Assembly (NCBI GenBank): GCA_020891255.1
Contig: BQFW01000012.1
Coordinates: 1,922,001-1,986,000, forward strand
Source: Entomortierella parvispora E1425
Lineage: Eukaryota; Fungi; Mortierellomycota
DNA: 64,000 bases
Direction of reading: 5' to 3'
Shown here: positions 26,001-38,229 of the stretch, one piece after another
How positions within the stretch are numbered: position 1 is the first letter of the stretch
How the letters are laid out: each line of letters begins with the position of its first letter
Notes under the pieces: model-generated
Databases searched by the model: none
What the model saw: only the letters and a program-made list of their open reading frames with translations
What the model was told of the DNA's origin: nothing
Program-made: the position numbers and the translations under genes

Positions 26001-26555
26001 CTCTCCAACGGCCCTGCAGAGGACAACGCGAGCTGAATGCACTGTGGTTTATGGATAGAAGGTCGAATCTCCGATGGTAGGAAAAAAGGAGGAAGAACGT
26101 CGCTCCTCTAGTGGACCCCACGCGGACACGAGCGGAGGTTTGGGTTCCAGTGCATTGCTTCCCAAAATCGTCGTAGTGCGGAGAATAATAACCGTTGCGC
26201 TGATGCAACGGGATTGTGCAGAGAAAAAGAGGGTTGCTTTGCAGGAAAGGTGGCCGCCGTGGAGAAGGGGGGACAAAAAGAGGAGAACTGAACGGTGGAT
26301 GTGAAGAGAGGGGAATACAGAGGGGAAGGGGTGAGTCAGGCAAGTAAGGTCCTCCTTACCTAGTCCCACAAAAGTGAGCTCGACAGGGCCAAGGGCCCTG
26401 TTGAACTTTGTCTCGGCCTCCTCGACGGTGTACTCGAGGCGACCAAGAGTCTGGATCGAGATCAGCCGCCGGGCATGGAATCTGAATTTAGACTCGTTAG
26501 GCTTGCGGAACGGCGTCTGGCCAGTGTAGTAGTAGCCCTCGTCATTGTCGTCCAT
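23045..26555 (-). CDS. APC-family cationic amino-acid permease; first exon 26555-26360, then a 1.1-kb intron and several short introns
   Basis: Exon 1 (..FNRALGPVELTFVGL) splices in frame to GAVIGTGVFV; AGPSV..SF, LSYAEMASMIPIAGSAYTY, IGWDLILEY, FFAYIGFDSIST and QPRVFYAMANDGL motifs follow. Confidence 0.9.
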
Positions 26556-26819
26556 CTGCTCCTTGTGCAAAGAGAGCGAGTGCTTGGGAGTAGACTTCAA
26601 TGTGGAAGTATGCTGGGGGAGAGGATGAGATGAGTGCAGTGGGGTGGAATGACGATGCAACCGGACTAAGGCTGAGGAGGAAGAAAGAACGGAGCGAGGT
26701 GGAGGACAGAGTGAGTGGGTGTGCGTGCGTGCGTGCGTGAGCGAGGCGCGAATAGCGAGGGAGAGGAGGAGACGAGAGCGAGGCTAGAGAAGAAGAGGAG
26801 GAGCGGAAGCAGGAAGAAC

Positions 26820-26986
26820 GAAGGAAGGAAGGAAGGAAGGAAGGAAGGAAGGGCGACGCAGGGGATGAAGCAAGGCAGAGAAGAGAGAGAAAGAGAGCGA
26901 GGAGAAACCTCGAGCAGACTCAGAAGACTCACCGATCACAACTGTATTCATCCATCACATCACATCACATCACATCACATCACATC
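26820..26986. repeat. (GAAG)n and (CATCA)n microsatellites
   Basis: Read directly at about 26820-26850 and 26953-26986. Confidence 0.85.
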
Positions 26987-27221
26987 ACTCCATCTGCAGA
27001 AAGGGTTGCTTTATGATGTATGTATGAGTGCTCTGTCCTGTCCAGCTGTCCGTCTGCTCTCTCTCGCTCTCCTTGCCCTATCAGCACCAGTCAGGAAGAA
27101 AAGAACCGAGCGATGAAACTGCAGCGCGTGCCTCTTTCTCTGAGCTTTAATTGTCAGCCACCGCTGGCATGTTTAGGATGTTCAGGGTGTGTGTGTGTGT
27201 GTGTGTCCGTGTGCGTCGGTG

Positions 27222-28332
27222 TTATCGCAGCCTGCATGCTTGCCCCCGAATCAGCGTTCTCTGTCCTCCCCCGTTGCTTCCCGTGCCAACGCGGTTCTCC
27301 AGCGCAAACAGGGCGTCGCGTACCGATACCATGTCGCCTAGTCGCACCTTGCGCGATTCCGTTGACTGACCTGGCTCCACATGGGTCATTTCCTCGCAAG
27401 AAATCGATCGGGCCCTGCTTGGAGGTCCCTGGCTCAACTTTTGCTCAGATGTCAGCCACGAGTATCGCCTGCCAAAACCGCCCACCAGCTGCAACAGTGT
27501 CTGATTTGGGACATGAGGCTTGACTGACTCTAGCGTCGGCTTTGGTCCCGGCAAATGCTGCGCTGCCACCTTCCTCGATCCGCCTCTCGACAACTTTGCC
27601 TTTCGCTGCAGCTCAAGTTTGTGCTCAACTCTTTCGATGGCCAGCAGCTCCTTCTTTGGGCACTGCTCAATCACGATCTTCCCGCTGTGATCTGACTCTG
27701 TCACGTCAAGTTGAGTGTTTCTCCTATGTTTGGACGCAAGGACCATTCGCTCAACAACATCGCGTAAATGTTGCTCGGTCGCCAGAGAAATATAAACGGC
27801 GGCGTCCTCGTCGACTCTCTCCAGTCTGTGCGTTTGGGCTAGGATAGACTCAAGAAGAAGGTGAACTCCCAAAAAAAGATGTCGTGGTGGCATCTAAAAA
27901 GTCAAAAAAAGAAAACAGCAAGCATCTCTTACCAACGCCGACCAGTCTCGTCAGCAATGCCTTCGTGTCGAAAAGAGTCTGCTTCTGTAAGCCCTGTCCA
28001 TTTGCACATGGTCCGTTCTGACTAGACCTACCAGGACCACACACTTTGGTGCCCCCGGCATGATCTTTTTCAGGATCAAAATCGAGACAGCCCATCACAT
28101 CCAAAGGTTCAGACATGGGCGCCTCCTTTTTAACTCGCTTGACGCCCTCCTGACTTTGGCGTTGACGGTCGATTCGATATTGGCGTTTACCCTGACCCTG
28201 CCTCGGACCACTTGCGGAAAAGTTTTGCTGTTGACCCCCTAGGCCTTGATCTTGATCCCGATCTTCAGTGGGTAAAGACCTCTGGATCGATGGGGGGACT
28301 AATAGCGGCGCTTTCTGTGGGCTGTTGGGCAT
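27222..28332 (-). CDS. TAF4: TFIID subunit TAF4-like histone-fold protein; intron 27932-27839
   Basis: Histone-fold segment VDEDAAVYISLATEQHLRDVVERMVLASKHR plus C-terminal NQTLLQLVGGFGRRYSWL and VSVRDALFALE, matching the conserved TAF4 C-terminus. Confidence 0.8.
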
Positions 28333-28692
28333 TGGCAAATAAACGTAATGGGGGGGGGAGACTGGAGGTTTTTGACGGGCACCGTTATATACAGTCATAC
28401 AGCATGCATCATCGAAGGGCACGTGACCTTAACGTCCTTGCATTTTTTTTTTTTTTTTTTTTTTTGGTGTTGAACAAAGAGAGTTATTCCTGTCATATGA
28501 AACTCACTGGCGCATTGATTAAGCCCCCAGCAAGCGATTAAGAGCAGGCGTTTGATCGCAAGCAATTAGAAAGTTCGCATTCACATAGACCAAAACGATC
28601 GCGCGAGGTGAAGTGTTGATTGCTCGATAGGTGGCCCACAAGCACAAAAACTGTGCAAGCAGTCCACCGAAAACATACAAAGTATGCTGAAG

Positions 28693-28945
28693 AAAAAAAA
28701 AAAGTGAGAGCCGCAAAATTCGAGGTGTATCTCAGTTCTGACTCTTCGCAGTCACCGTTGCTTTTCACCCACCGGGGGTACGCTCTCTTCGCCTGGTTTC
28801 CAAAGAGCGCCGAGACGAAGTAACACACTCCGTCGCAATTGAAGCCCACAATTTCAATTGGCACGGAAAGTCCGATCGAAAACCCTTACGCTATTTTCCT
28901 ATCTCACCTTCGCAGCCGAGCAACCCCCAGGCGGGCATCCTCTCT
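28693..28945 (-). ncRNA. Candidate structured non-coding RNA, family unassigned
   Basis: At least four hairpins plus long-range pairing; G-U wobbles work only on the minus strand; ends in an 11-T run. No family identified by eye. Confidence 0.35.
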
Positions 28946-29050
28946 CCCTCCTTTTCGCACGTTCATCCGAATAAACAGGGAAAAAACCAACAGTAGAAAG
29001 AAAAAAAACTTCTATGAAAATTTTATTACAATGCCTGTTCTAAAGGCCTT

Positions 29051-30512
29051 TTACTTCTGCTTTGCCTCCTCCTTCCTAAAGATTCCGGAATTAAAAGAGA
29101 GAAAGAAAACGAAAAGGTCAAAGACTCACTTCCGCTTTCTGTTCGATCGTTTGTTCTCTAAAATGGCCAAGTTACTTACTTAGGATCGCTGACATTCAGC
29201 AACAACGTATCAGCATCCAACATGACACGGTTAGAAGAGTGAGAGATAATGTTGGCAATTTCACGAGCGACCTCGATCTTTCTCAACTCGATGAAACCGG
29301 GCTTGTTCTTGATGGCTATTCAAAGGAAGAGAGAAAACAAGAGGGAAAGAGAGAGAGAGAAAGAGAGAAAAGAAAAAAAGCAGCGTTCAATACTCAGAGT
29401 TCAACATGAGAATCAACACGGACGTTCTAGCCCTTTGGCGAGCAATTGCTACTAACCCTCTCCAAGAAGCTCGGCAGAGCGGGCTTCTCCCTCAGCCTTG
29501 ACAATAATAGACTGCTTCTCCTGGATAGCACGGTCGACGACGAAAGCAGCACGCTGAGCCTCCTGCTGGGCGATCTGCTTAGCCTCGACAGCCTGGGTGA
29601 ACTCGGGCGAGAAAGCCATGTGGACGATGGAGACATCATCAAGGACAATGTTGAAGCGGGCAGCACGCTTGATCAAGTTCTCACGGACCAAACGGGACAC
29701 GCGGTCACGCTGGGTAATAAGCTGAGAAGCGTTGAACTGGGCAACAACGGACTTGGAGACCTCATTGATGATGGAGGGCAAGACACGCTCATCGTAATCC
29801 TGTCCCAAAGTACGGTAAATCTCGGCGAGGTCGTTGACACGGGGGCGGGACAAGACACGGACGGTGATGTTGACCATCTGCAAATCTATATTCCACAAAA
29901 ATGTCCTCCGTGTTAGTTATATTCAGTCTGGACGAGAGGTTCCACTTTGGTATCCTTCATACTGAAGAGCAAGGATATTCGCTGATTCCCACAGTTATCT
30001 TTGATCGAAGTATTTCATGGAGGTTCGAGATGCGCAATTGTTCCTGATCCCAAAAGTGTATAGTTGATAAAATCGGGCACACATACCCTTGGTTCCAGTC
30101 AAAGAGGCGACGTTTCTAGGCTTGGCACGGACATCGTAGATGATGGGGGTCTCGAACCAGGGGATAACGAAATGGGTTCCTTCGTTGTAGACCTCCTTCT
30201 GAACACCAAAGACGCGGGAGTACTTGACAGCACGGTGACCTCCGTCAACTAGAGAAGAACAAGAATCAATCATCCGTATGAGTTTCTGTACAAAATATAG
30301 GTTAACTCAACATAGAGACCCCTTCCGAGTGGGCCATGTTGGCTCCAGAGAGCGCATTGTTAATTCCTGATTTGCATGTTACCGTTGAAAAGAGAGGCAT
30401 TGACACCATAACCGACAGCGCCGAGAGCGATCAAGGCACCAGCGCCGCCAAAGAGGCCCTTTCCGCTGCCCTTGGGGAAGATTCCGCCGAGTCTGTTGAA
30501 TGCTTGAGCCAT
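29051..30512 (-). CDS. PHB2: Prohibitin 2, multi-exon
   Basis: [68 protein letters not shown] and [10 protein letters not shown] motifs. A last micro-exon (29075-29051) is inferred. Confidence 0.95.
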
Positions 30513-30817
30513 GATGTGAGATGGTGTGGAGGAGGGAGACGAGGAAGAGGAATGGTGCATCCACATGCTGGGGTGTCTGAACACACCCTTTCGGGAAAGA
30601 CAGTCCCATTTTGGCTACTTTTGGCAGCAACACAAGCCACCAGCGATTTGTGTCTCTCCACAGTCGCGCCCCTCTCGTTGACTGCCTCCACCGCCACCTT
30701 CAACCACGCTTCGCCCACCACGCTCATACCCCTGCGAACCCAACAAGCCCATCGGACCAGCAACAGACCAGAAACAGACCCCGACCTTGACCCCTTGCCT
30801 TTGGCCGCACGTTCATA

Positions 30818-32002
30818 ATGGTAATCGTCATAACCATCACCCTTGAAACAAAGCATGTCAGACTCTGGAAGACTGAGACCGCAGGTCGAGGAGCAATCCC
30901 ATGCCATGCTCGACTATCCAATGCCGACCAACTCATCATGGAGAATACGCCTCCTATGGTCGACAGAATGCGCATTGGAGAGTGAGCATGCTGAAAGACC
31001 GCCAGACTTACCCTTATTCTGCGCACATGCTAAAGAGATACGAAGCACTGCCCTTTCACTAACGTGCACTTCGATCGATAGGCTATTTCTAAAAACTCCA
31101 AGATGATGAACCTGATCAACTTCAGGTTAAGGATCACATTATCAGACTCTCGGGTATTGACAGGGCAGATGCTGGCGTTTGATAAACATATGAATCTAGT
31201 ACTTGCAGACTGTGAAGAGTTCAGGCGGATTAAAACAAAGGCGGGAGTGAAATCATCAGGGTCTCAGGAACAAAAGAGAACCCTAGGCCTGGTCATCCTC
31301 CGTGGAGAGACAATTGTCAGCTTGAGCGTTGACGGACCACCACCACCAAGTGCCGAGGATCAAAGGGCGCGCATGTCGCAGGTATAGTTATCAGGGACGG
31401 ACCCTATTACTTTGATTGTATTATTACATAATACTGATAGCGATCATCTCTCCTACTAACGCGACCCTAGTTGTCGGCTGGATCCGGAATTGCAGCGCCT
31501 GCAGGACGTGGTATGCCTATAGTTCCAGGAGCAGCACCAGGATTGACAGGACCAGTTCGTGGTGTAGGTGGACCAGCACCAGGAATGATGTTGCCTCGTG
31601 GACCAGCGGCGGCAGCACCACCAATGTCCTATGGGCGAGGAATGCCTCCTGGCATGCCCCCAGCGGGATTCAGACCCATGGCTGGCATGGCTCCCCCACC
31701 AGGCATGCCCCCTGGTATGGCGCCGCCTCCTGGGTTCCACCCAATGGGCCAACCTGGCATGCCTCCACCTGGCTTTCAACCTCGTCCCGGAATGCCTCCA
31801 GGAGCACCTCCACCAGGATTTCCTCCAGGGTTTGCGCCTGGGCCACCCCCACCAGGGTAAGATACTATAATTCCTGTTGCTTTCTGCGGTGTTGCCAAGC
31901 AGAAACATCATGATCCGGATAGTAATGCTTTTCTTTTCTAGCTTTCAAGGACCTCCCCCTGGCTTCCGCCCCCCACCCCCAGGATATCGCCCTCCTCAAT
32001 AG
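30818..32002 (+). CDS. SMB1: Small nuclear ribonucleoprotein SmB, four exons
   Basis: ATG|intron|[60 protein letters not shown], then a Pro/Gly/Met-rich tail; the last exon starts after a CTAG near 31940. Confidence 0.93.
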
Positions 32003-32587
32003 GACATGAACAAGGCTAACTATTTTCAATAAAACATACTGTAAATCACACCATCGTGGAAGGTTTTGAGATGTTCTAATGTTGCTACCAAGGGAGCTGT
32101 GGAGATCACCTCGAGGTTTAGGTTCCCGGGGGTGTTGAGATTGATAACACAAAGAAATTGTATCTTGGCTGATACTTAGATCGGCGCAGACATCCATCCG
32201 TACATGAACAATCCCAATTTGCATCTTGATTTTGCGAACAGGGCTGGCTTGGATGCAAACGAAATCTTTTTTTTTTATATATATTCGATTCCAACCCGTC
32301 TTTGAGATCCCTTCTTGAGAAGAAGGCCGATGCAACGGGAAAAAAAAAAAAAAAAAAGAACAACGTTTCCAAAAAAAAAAAAAAAAAAAAAAGATAACGG
32401 ATGAAGAGGCTTGAACGACAGCCCCCCGGGCCTTTCTGCATCAAAAACGCGATCGGTCTTCGTGATTCTCCTTTGTCTCTCAAACACCTCGCCTCTTGAC
32501 CCTTTATCTCACCCTCCCTCCCTCCTCTTACCTCTCTCTCTCTCTCTCTCTCTCTTCTTTGTTCTCTAAACAAAGTGCAATCCTCAC

Positions 32588-34759
32588 ATGGCCTTCGGCT
32601 CAAGTTTTGCAGCGCGCCTGTTCGCCAAAGTAAAACAGCAACTCCTTCCTCTCAATGATCAAATACCTCCTTCCATCCACCCGGTCCTCAACAGTCCTCA
32701 GGTGCAAAAGGATGCATTCCCCATGGCAATGGCCAATGATCCTCATGGGGCGATGTACCAACAAGATTTGAATGCAGTCTACCACATACAGCAGTTTGAA
32801 GTTCCAGTCCTGCAAGCTGAGCCTTCGGTTGCTCTCATGCATATGCAGCGGCAGAATCAACAATACCAACAACAACAACTGCAACAACAACAGCAGCAGT
32901 CAGATCAACAACTCAACACCCTGTGCAGCAATCCCACAGAGTCGGACCCTCCTGGCCTTGGGATTGAGCTGAGCAAACGTCTATCTGATCACCTGCATCC
33001 CCTTCAGGATAAGAATGGAGATGGCGGTGAGCTGCACCACCAAAGCATCTTGTCCTCCAATGGACAGGAGAGACGCGTCCCTAGGCCGCAAAGCATCGGA
33101 ACCCTAAATACCCAGCACTCAGCCACCACCACTACTAGCCTGCAGCACAGCCACAGTCTCAACCACCTTCCAGACCGACCCAAGCCAGAGCGCCTTCGCG
33201 ACTATTCCAAGGTCTTCCCCCTAGTGCGGAGTAGAACGGGTAGTGTCCCAGAGCACCTGCAAGGTCGCAACTCACCATTCGCGCGCTCTCGCGATACCCT
33301 CCAAGGCTCTAACAACAGCGTGAACGTCTCGCCTGCAGTGATGCAAAGCGGCAGCAATAGTGGCCCGTTCTCCCCCACCGTGACCACTCCCACGACACCA
33401 TTGTCTCGTGGTGAGATTGGCTACATGGGTAATCAAACACTGAAAGCGTTCCACACGATCCCGCGCTCGGCTTCCATGGGATATATTGCTGCTGTCAACA
33501 ACATGAATGCCAACAACGCTGTAGTTTCTTCCGTCGCATCAAGCTCGGGTAGCAACTCTATTCAGGGATCGCCCATTTTCAACAACGGCGGCTCCTTTGA
33601 TGACACCACGACACCCAATAGTTTGCGGAGCTACCGATCCATGTCGAGCTTCTTTGGGCAGCAAGGCAGACGTCAGAGTCAATCGGATGCCTTGGCAGCT
33701 GAAAAGAGCTTGGACGAACATCTGAAGGCGATCCGTCGTCGATCCTTTGCTGCGGAAGTGATGAACAGTCCTGGAGGAGCACTGAGCCCCACTTGCATCG
33801 ACATCACGTTGAGTCAAGAGCTCGTGGACGCTGATCAGACCCTCGAGGGCTTTGAAGGGAACTCTGGATCTCCCAGATCAGTAGCTCCCTCTCGAGGCAA
33901 AGGCAATTTCCGAATGTCATTTTCGTCGCCCAACATGGGTACCCTCCAGAGGCGATCCTCTTTGGCCCTGAAGTCCGTTTTGAACTCGATTGTGAGTTCT
34001 CCTGTGGTTTCGTCTTCATCTTCAGTGATCTCTTCTTCCTCCTCGGGCTCATCCGGCCCATCTTCGCCCCAACACCAGTCCGAGTTACCTCCTCCGTCTG
34101 CGCAGGATTTACTCAGGGCGGAATACGGCAGCATCTACACAGATGTGATGCAGCAACTCTCTTCTTCGTCCGTTGGCGCTGAGCAAGGGTTGACCATGAT
34201 TCAGGATCTGGATGATAGATTGCAGCCCTACGCTGCTTCAGGTGGTTCCGATGAGTCGGCAGCCGCGGCCGCTGCCACTGCTCATCAGCAGAGCCTTCTT
34301 CAGAGTTCAGCGCCTTCAGTCTCCAGCTCAGCGACACCGCAGCGCAGATCTCGTTCTGGATCGGTCTCGTCTGCTTGGACAGCTCGAACAAGTTCGAGTG
34401 GCTCCTCTGATTCGAATAATTCGACCCATTCAAACTTGACCTCGCTCTCGAACGAGGACCGAAGGAACTCGGTCAATGGCAACAACAATCCAACCTTGAA
34501 GCCTCCAGGACCCCCTCCAACGGTCATGAACAGGGTGCTCAACAAGTATCAGCACCATCATAACCCCCGACCGATGCTTTCACTGCTGAGAAGAGGCAGC
34601 TCTAGCGGTCGGATTCACACTGCTGACCTCGGCGATGCCAAGAACAAACGGGGTGGAACTCGCTCTGGAAACACAACCCCAGTTTCCAAAAAGTTTCCCT
34701 ATCAGGGCGATCTGTCCAGCTACAGTTGGGACTACCGACGTGATCTCCCTACGAATTGA
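32588..34759 (+). CDS. Hypothetical Ser/Gln-rich low-complexity protein (723 aa)
   Basis: Uninterrupted 2.2-kb ORF with plausible UTRs; no recognisable domain. Confidence 0.7.
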   Translation: MAFGSSFAARLFAKVKQQLLPLNDQIPPSIHPVLNSPQVQKDAFPMAMANDPHGAMYQQDLNAVYHIQQFEVPVLQAEPSVALMHMQRQNQQYQQQQLQQQQQQSDQQLNTLCSNPTESDPPGLGIELSKRLSDHLHPLQDKNGDGGELHHQSILSSNGQERRVPRPQSIGTLNTQHSATTTTSLQHSHSLNHLPDRPKPERLRDYSKVFPLVRSRTGSVPEHLQGRNSPFARSRDTLQGSNNSVNVSPAVMQSGSNSGPFSPTVTTPTTPLSRGEIGYMGNQTLKAFHTIPRSASMGYIAAVNNMNANNAVVSSVASSSGSNSIQGSPIFNNGGSFDDTTTPNSLRSYRSMSSFFGQQGRRQSQSDALAAEKSLDEHLKAIRRRSFAAEVMNSPGGALSPTCIDITLSQELVDADQTLEGFEGNSGSPRSVAPSRGKGNFRMSFSSPNMGTLQRRSSLALKSVLNSIVSSPVVSSSSSVISSSSSGSSGPSSPQHQSELPPPSAQDLLRAEYGSIYTDVMQQLSSSSVGAEQGLTMIQDLDDRLQPYAASGGSDESAAAAAATAHQQSLLQSSAPSVSSSATPQRRSRSGSVSSAWTARTSSSGSSDSNNSTHSNLTSLSNEDRRNSVNGNNNPTLKPPGPPPTVMNRVLNKYQHHHNPRPMLSLLRRGSSSGRIHTADLGDAKNKRGGTRSGNTTPVSKKFPYQGDLSSYSWDYRRDLPTN

Positions 34760-34934
34760 TTGGAAACCCCATAGAAAGAAACTGGAGAGGGGCGGGAGGG
34801 GAAGGAAGGGAGTAGGTTAATTCAGAAGGAAGAGATCGCTGTATTTTATTGAAAAAAATATTCACCCATAAAAAACAATAGGCCGTTATATCCTTAAAGT
34901 TGTCTTCGTTTTTGAACATCCATACACAGACGAG

Positions 34935-37900
34935 TTAACGTCCCCCTGTGAGAAGCAGCTTATTTTGCCGACGCACCCTTTCTGCCTGGGGGCAGTGGGC
35001 CAACGCTGAGCTTACAGTCTGGTGGGTTTGCATCGTAAGTATGGCAGCCTTCTGACCATCTTCTACGATGGCATGAATGTGCTTCCAGAGCACATTGTCG
35101 TCCAGCTGCCCCGTATATTTCTTTACTGTTGAGTTCTCATCCTCCGAGTCGGAACTGGAGAGCAGAGGTTGGACATGAGCCAATTGGTGCAGACTCGTGA
35201 CCACGGACGCCACAAAGCTATCGCCTGCCCCCGTGACACTCTCGACCTTTTCGACGGCATGCGCGGGGAACTTTTCCAGACTCCTCTTGAGGGATGGATC
35301 CGTGTCCGCGTTCTTGACTCTATCCACGACAAAGACACCCTTCGAGCCGAGCTTAATAAACAATGTCGGAATGAACAATGAGACTGTGAATGCATCCCGA
35401 AGAAAAGCCTGTGTTTCCCTCTCTTGCTTCTCGTCTCCCTCATTTAGTTCTCTCGAGAAAGACTTTTGAAAGGCTTCATCATCTGTGCTCGTTCCCAAAA
35501 GCTCTCTAGCAACCACGCCCATGGCCGCAAGCTCATATTCGTTTGGGCTGGCAAAGTTTAAAGCGTTACTCTGCAGCAGAGTCTTTAACGAAGAGTCGAG
35601 AACGCGAGTACATTTGGCAACAGATGTAGGTTCGAAAAAAGCTGTAGAAAAAGAGAAGTGAGTTAAAACATCGTCTTGGAGGTTTTCCTTTTCAAGGCTT
35701 TGCGCTGCTGCAATGTCACCATACTGAGAATATTTCGATCGCGGCAAGTCTCCAAAATCGTCCGCATGCAGTCAACTGACAAGTTTCCATCGAAGCAGAC
35801 AGTTCCAGGATGGTTGTCCTCGATTGCATACTTCACCTATTCGAAAGAAGAATTAGATATGGGTCATCAATGGCTACAGGCACTCGCCACTTAAAAAAAG
35901 AGAGAGAGAAAGAAATCAAAATTGAAGATAACTTACCTTGGCAGGAGGCAACATTTCAAAAACATCCATGTCCGCAACAGCTGACAGCAAGTTGCCTGTG
36001 GCGTCATGTACTGCTGTATAGGTTGCTGTACGCGCTCCTGGAACCACGTGGATTTCATGATTGTCCTACAGTAGGTCCGGTTTGGAGGTTAGTCGACATG
36101 AAGAGGCCTGGCATACTTGTTTTACTTAGTGATGAGGCCTTACCATGCCTCTCCGGGCGAGCTCACTTATGAGCCATGGTCCAAAGAGATCGTCTGAGGC
36201 GTCTTCTTTACTGCTCACTTGAGATTCAGTCTCCTTTTCTACATGCTGCCCGCCCACGGCAGAAACAAATACGCAAGGCTCGCCAGAGAGGGCAGAGATG
36301 CCTTCGGCCACATTCCGGCCTACCCCACCAAGCGATATCCTCGTTGCTCCTGGGTGAGAACTATTCAACATGGTTGGAGAAGAGGCCGCGGTCGCTGTTG
36401 ATGTAATATCCACTACTGTACCGCCAATGACCATAATCTATCGATTCACATGGCAACGGCGAGAGAACTTTGTTGAGAAAATAACGAAAATAAAAAAAGA
36501 ATTTTATTCTTCGTAAATGACGGATAGCACTTGGAAATACCAGCGTCAAGTATGTGTCGCATTGTGGTTTCCAACTGCTTAACTTACAGGTCGCTGCGAG
36601 CTTGGGTGGAGTTGTTTCATTCGCCGGGCCGAAGTCGAAAACGAACGTGTTTGCTGCCCTGATCGAGAGTTCTATGAGGATCGTTCATGAAGTGTAAGGC
36701 TTCTGTATTTCCGTTTTGAACAATGATTTTCGAGATACCGAGACAATAATTACCAAGCTGGACAGGTCCTTCGCAATTTTAGCTGCTACAGAGGCATTCT
36801 GTTTAACGAGGGCAATGTCTTGAGAGAGAATCCAGGAGTAAACATGTTAGAACAAAGCAACTTTTTTTTCTATTAGCATTGGTGGCAGTAACCTAATTCC
36901 TTACTTGACTTGAGAGAGTTTCCTCCTGTCAATTCGTTAACACGCTTGAGCAAGAATGGTGTGCTCTCCTTGCCAAAGATTCCCTGCTCACTGTTCACGT
37001 AAAGAAGGGACTTGAATTTAGCTTTCATCACAATAGTTTTTTCAGGCGGGATGTACCTGTTGATGCTCTTACTTTGATTCCCTGACTGCGAGATCGATAG
37101 CCTCTCCCACGAGCCTATCATCCATGGCATCAATCTCGGCAATTGGAACTCCAATGACAATTCCACTTTGGAGGTCAATAGAATGGTTTGCAGCGATCAA
37201 CTCTGCTGCTTCCAGGGGTGTTTCGATGTTGAGCATACTCTAAAGTCGATAAGGTATCATCAATAAAACGAGACGAGTGAATTACATCTTATCTGTATGG
37301 CAGAACAAAGGATTGATGGTATTACCTTGAAGCCACTGGTTCGGGTAAAGAAAGCTGGGAAATCGGGTGTACTTCCGTAGGTGGCAACGGTTACGCCCTG
37401 AGTCTCTAGGAATTCAAGCGTCTTCCCAATGTCCAAGATTGATTTCACTCCTGCACACACAACTGCTACTGGCGTTCTTCCTAGCTCAGTCAAGTCGGCG
37501 CTTGCATCCAAGCCTGAAAAATGAGGTGGTCAGAAAAAAAAAAGCAATAGATCGTCCACAAGGCAGATGAATGTATCATATCCTGGTATCATTACTATTC
37601 TCATAACCACGATGGACGCCTCCAATGCCTCCAGTGGCAAAAACAGGAATTCCTGCGCGATGAGCAAGGATCATGGTCGCTGATACGGTCGTTGCTCCTG
37701 TTTGTTTCTGGAAGGGTTCATTGTGTATAAGAGAAAAACAAGAAACAAGTCGTTGGTTATTGCTCCAGATTATTATACATGGAGGGCGGGTAGAGGAAAT
37801 AAGACAAACGTTTACCTTGGACAGGACGACGGCAAGATCTCTCCTCGAGGCCTTCACTGCGCCTCTCCCCAACTTTGCGAGCTTTCGGATTTGATCGTGA

Positions 37901-38229
37901 GAGAGTCCAATCTGGATTTGACCGTCAAGGATCGCAATCGTAGCCGGGATAGCTCCATTGTCTCGAACAACCTTTTCGACCTCAATGGCAGTCTCATAGT
38001 TTTGGGGATAGGGCATGCCATGAGAGATGATGGTGCTCTCAAGAGCCACGAGGGGCTTCTTGTTGTCGAGCGCCGAACGAACCTCGTCCGAGAAGGAGAG
38101 TGTCGAAAGGGTAGAGAGCGGCCGTGTACCCCGGCTGGCGTGGGAAGAATGTCGAGACCATTGGACAGCGGATGAGAGCGATGCCTTGGGTACCTGATTT
38201 AGGCGCAGAGAGATGGCCGCGCGTAGCAT
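34935..38229 (-). CDS. Fused pseudouridine-5'-phosphate glycosidase (PsuG/IdgA) and PfkB-type pseudouridine kinase, multi-exon
   Basis: [38 protein letters not shown] and [11 protein letters not shown] (PsuG); GGVGRNVAE and SVTGAGDSF (PfkB); Arg/Ser-rich N-terminus resembling a mitochondrial presequence. Confidence 0.92.

Noticed and set aside
25242-26359. TPP riboswitch in the long permease intron
   Set aside because: The conserved aptamer segments (UGAGA, CCUGAU..AUGCCAGCGUAGG) were not found.
28864-28995. RNase P/MRP (GGAAAGTCC), snR30/U17 (m1/m2-like) or U12-like assignment for the structured region
   Set aside because: Only isolated motif resemblances; the partner motifs (CR-V, basal stem and ACA spacing, Sm position) do not fit.
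29046-29054. U5 snRNA loop-I motif GCCTTTTAC
   Set aside because: No flanking U5 stem or Sm site, and it overlaps the inferred PHB2 stop on the opposite strand.
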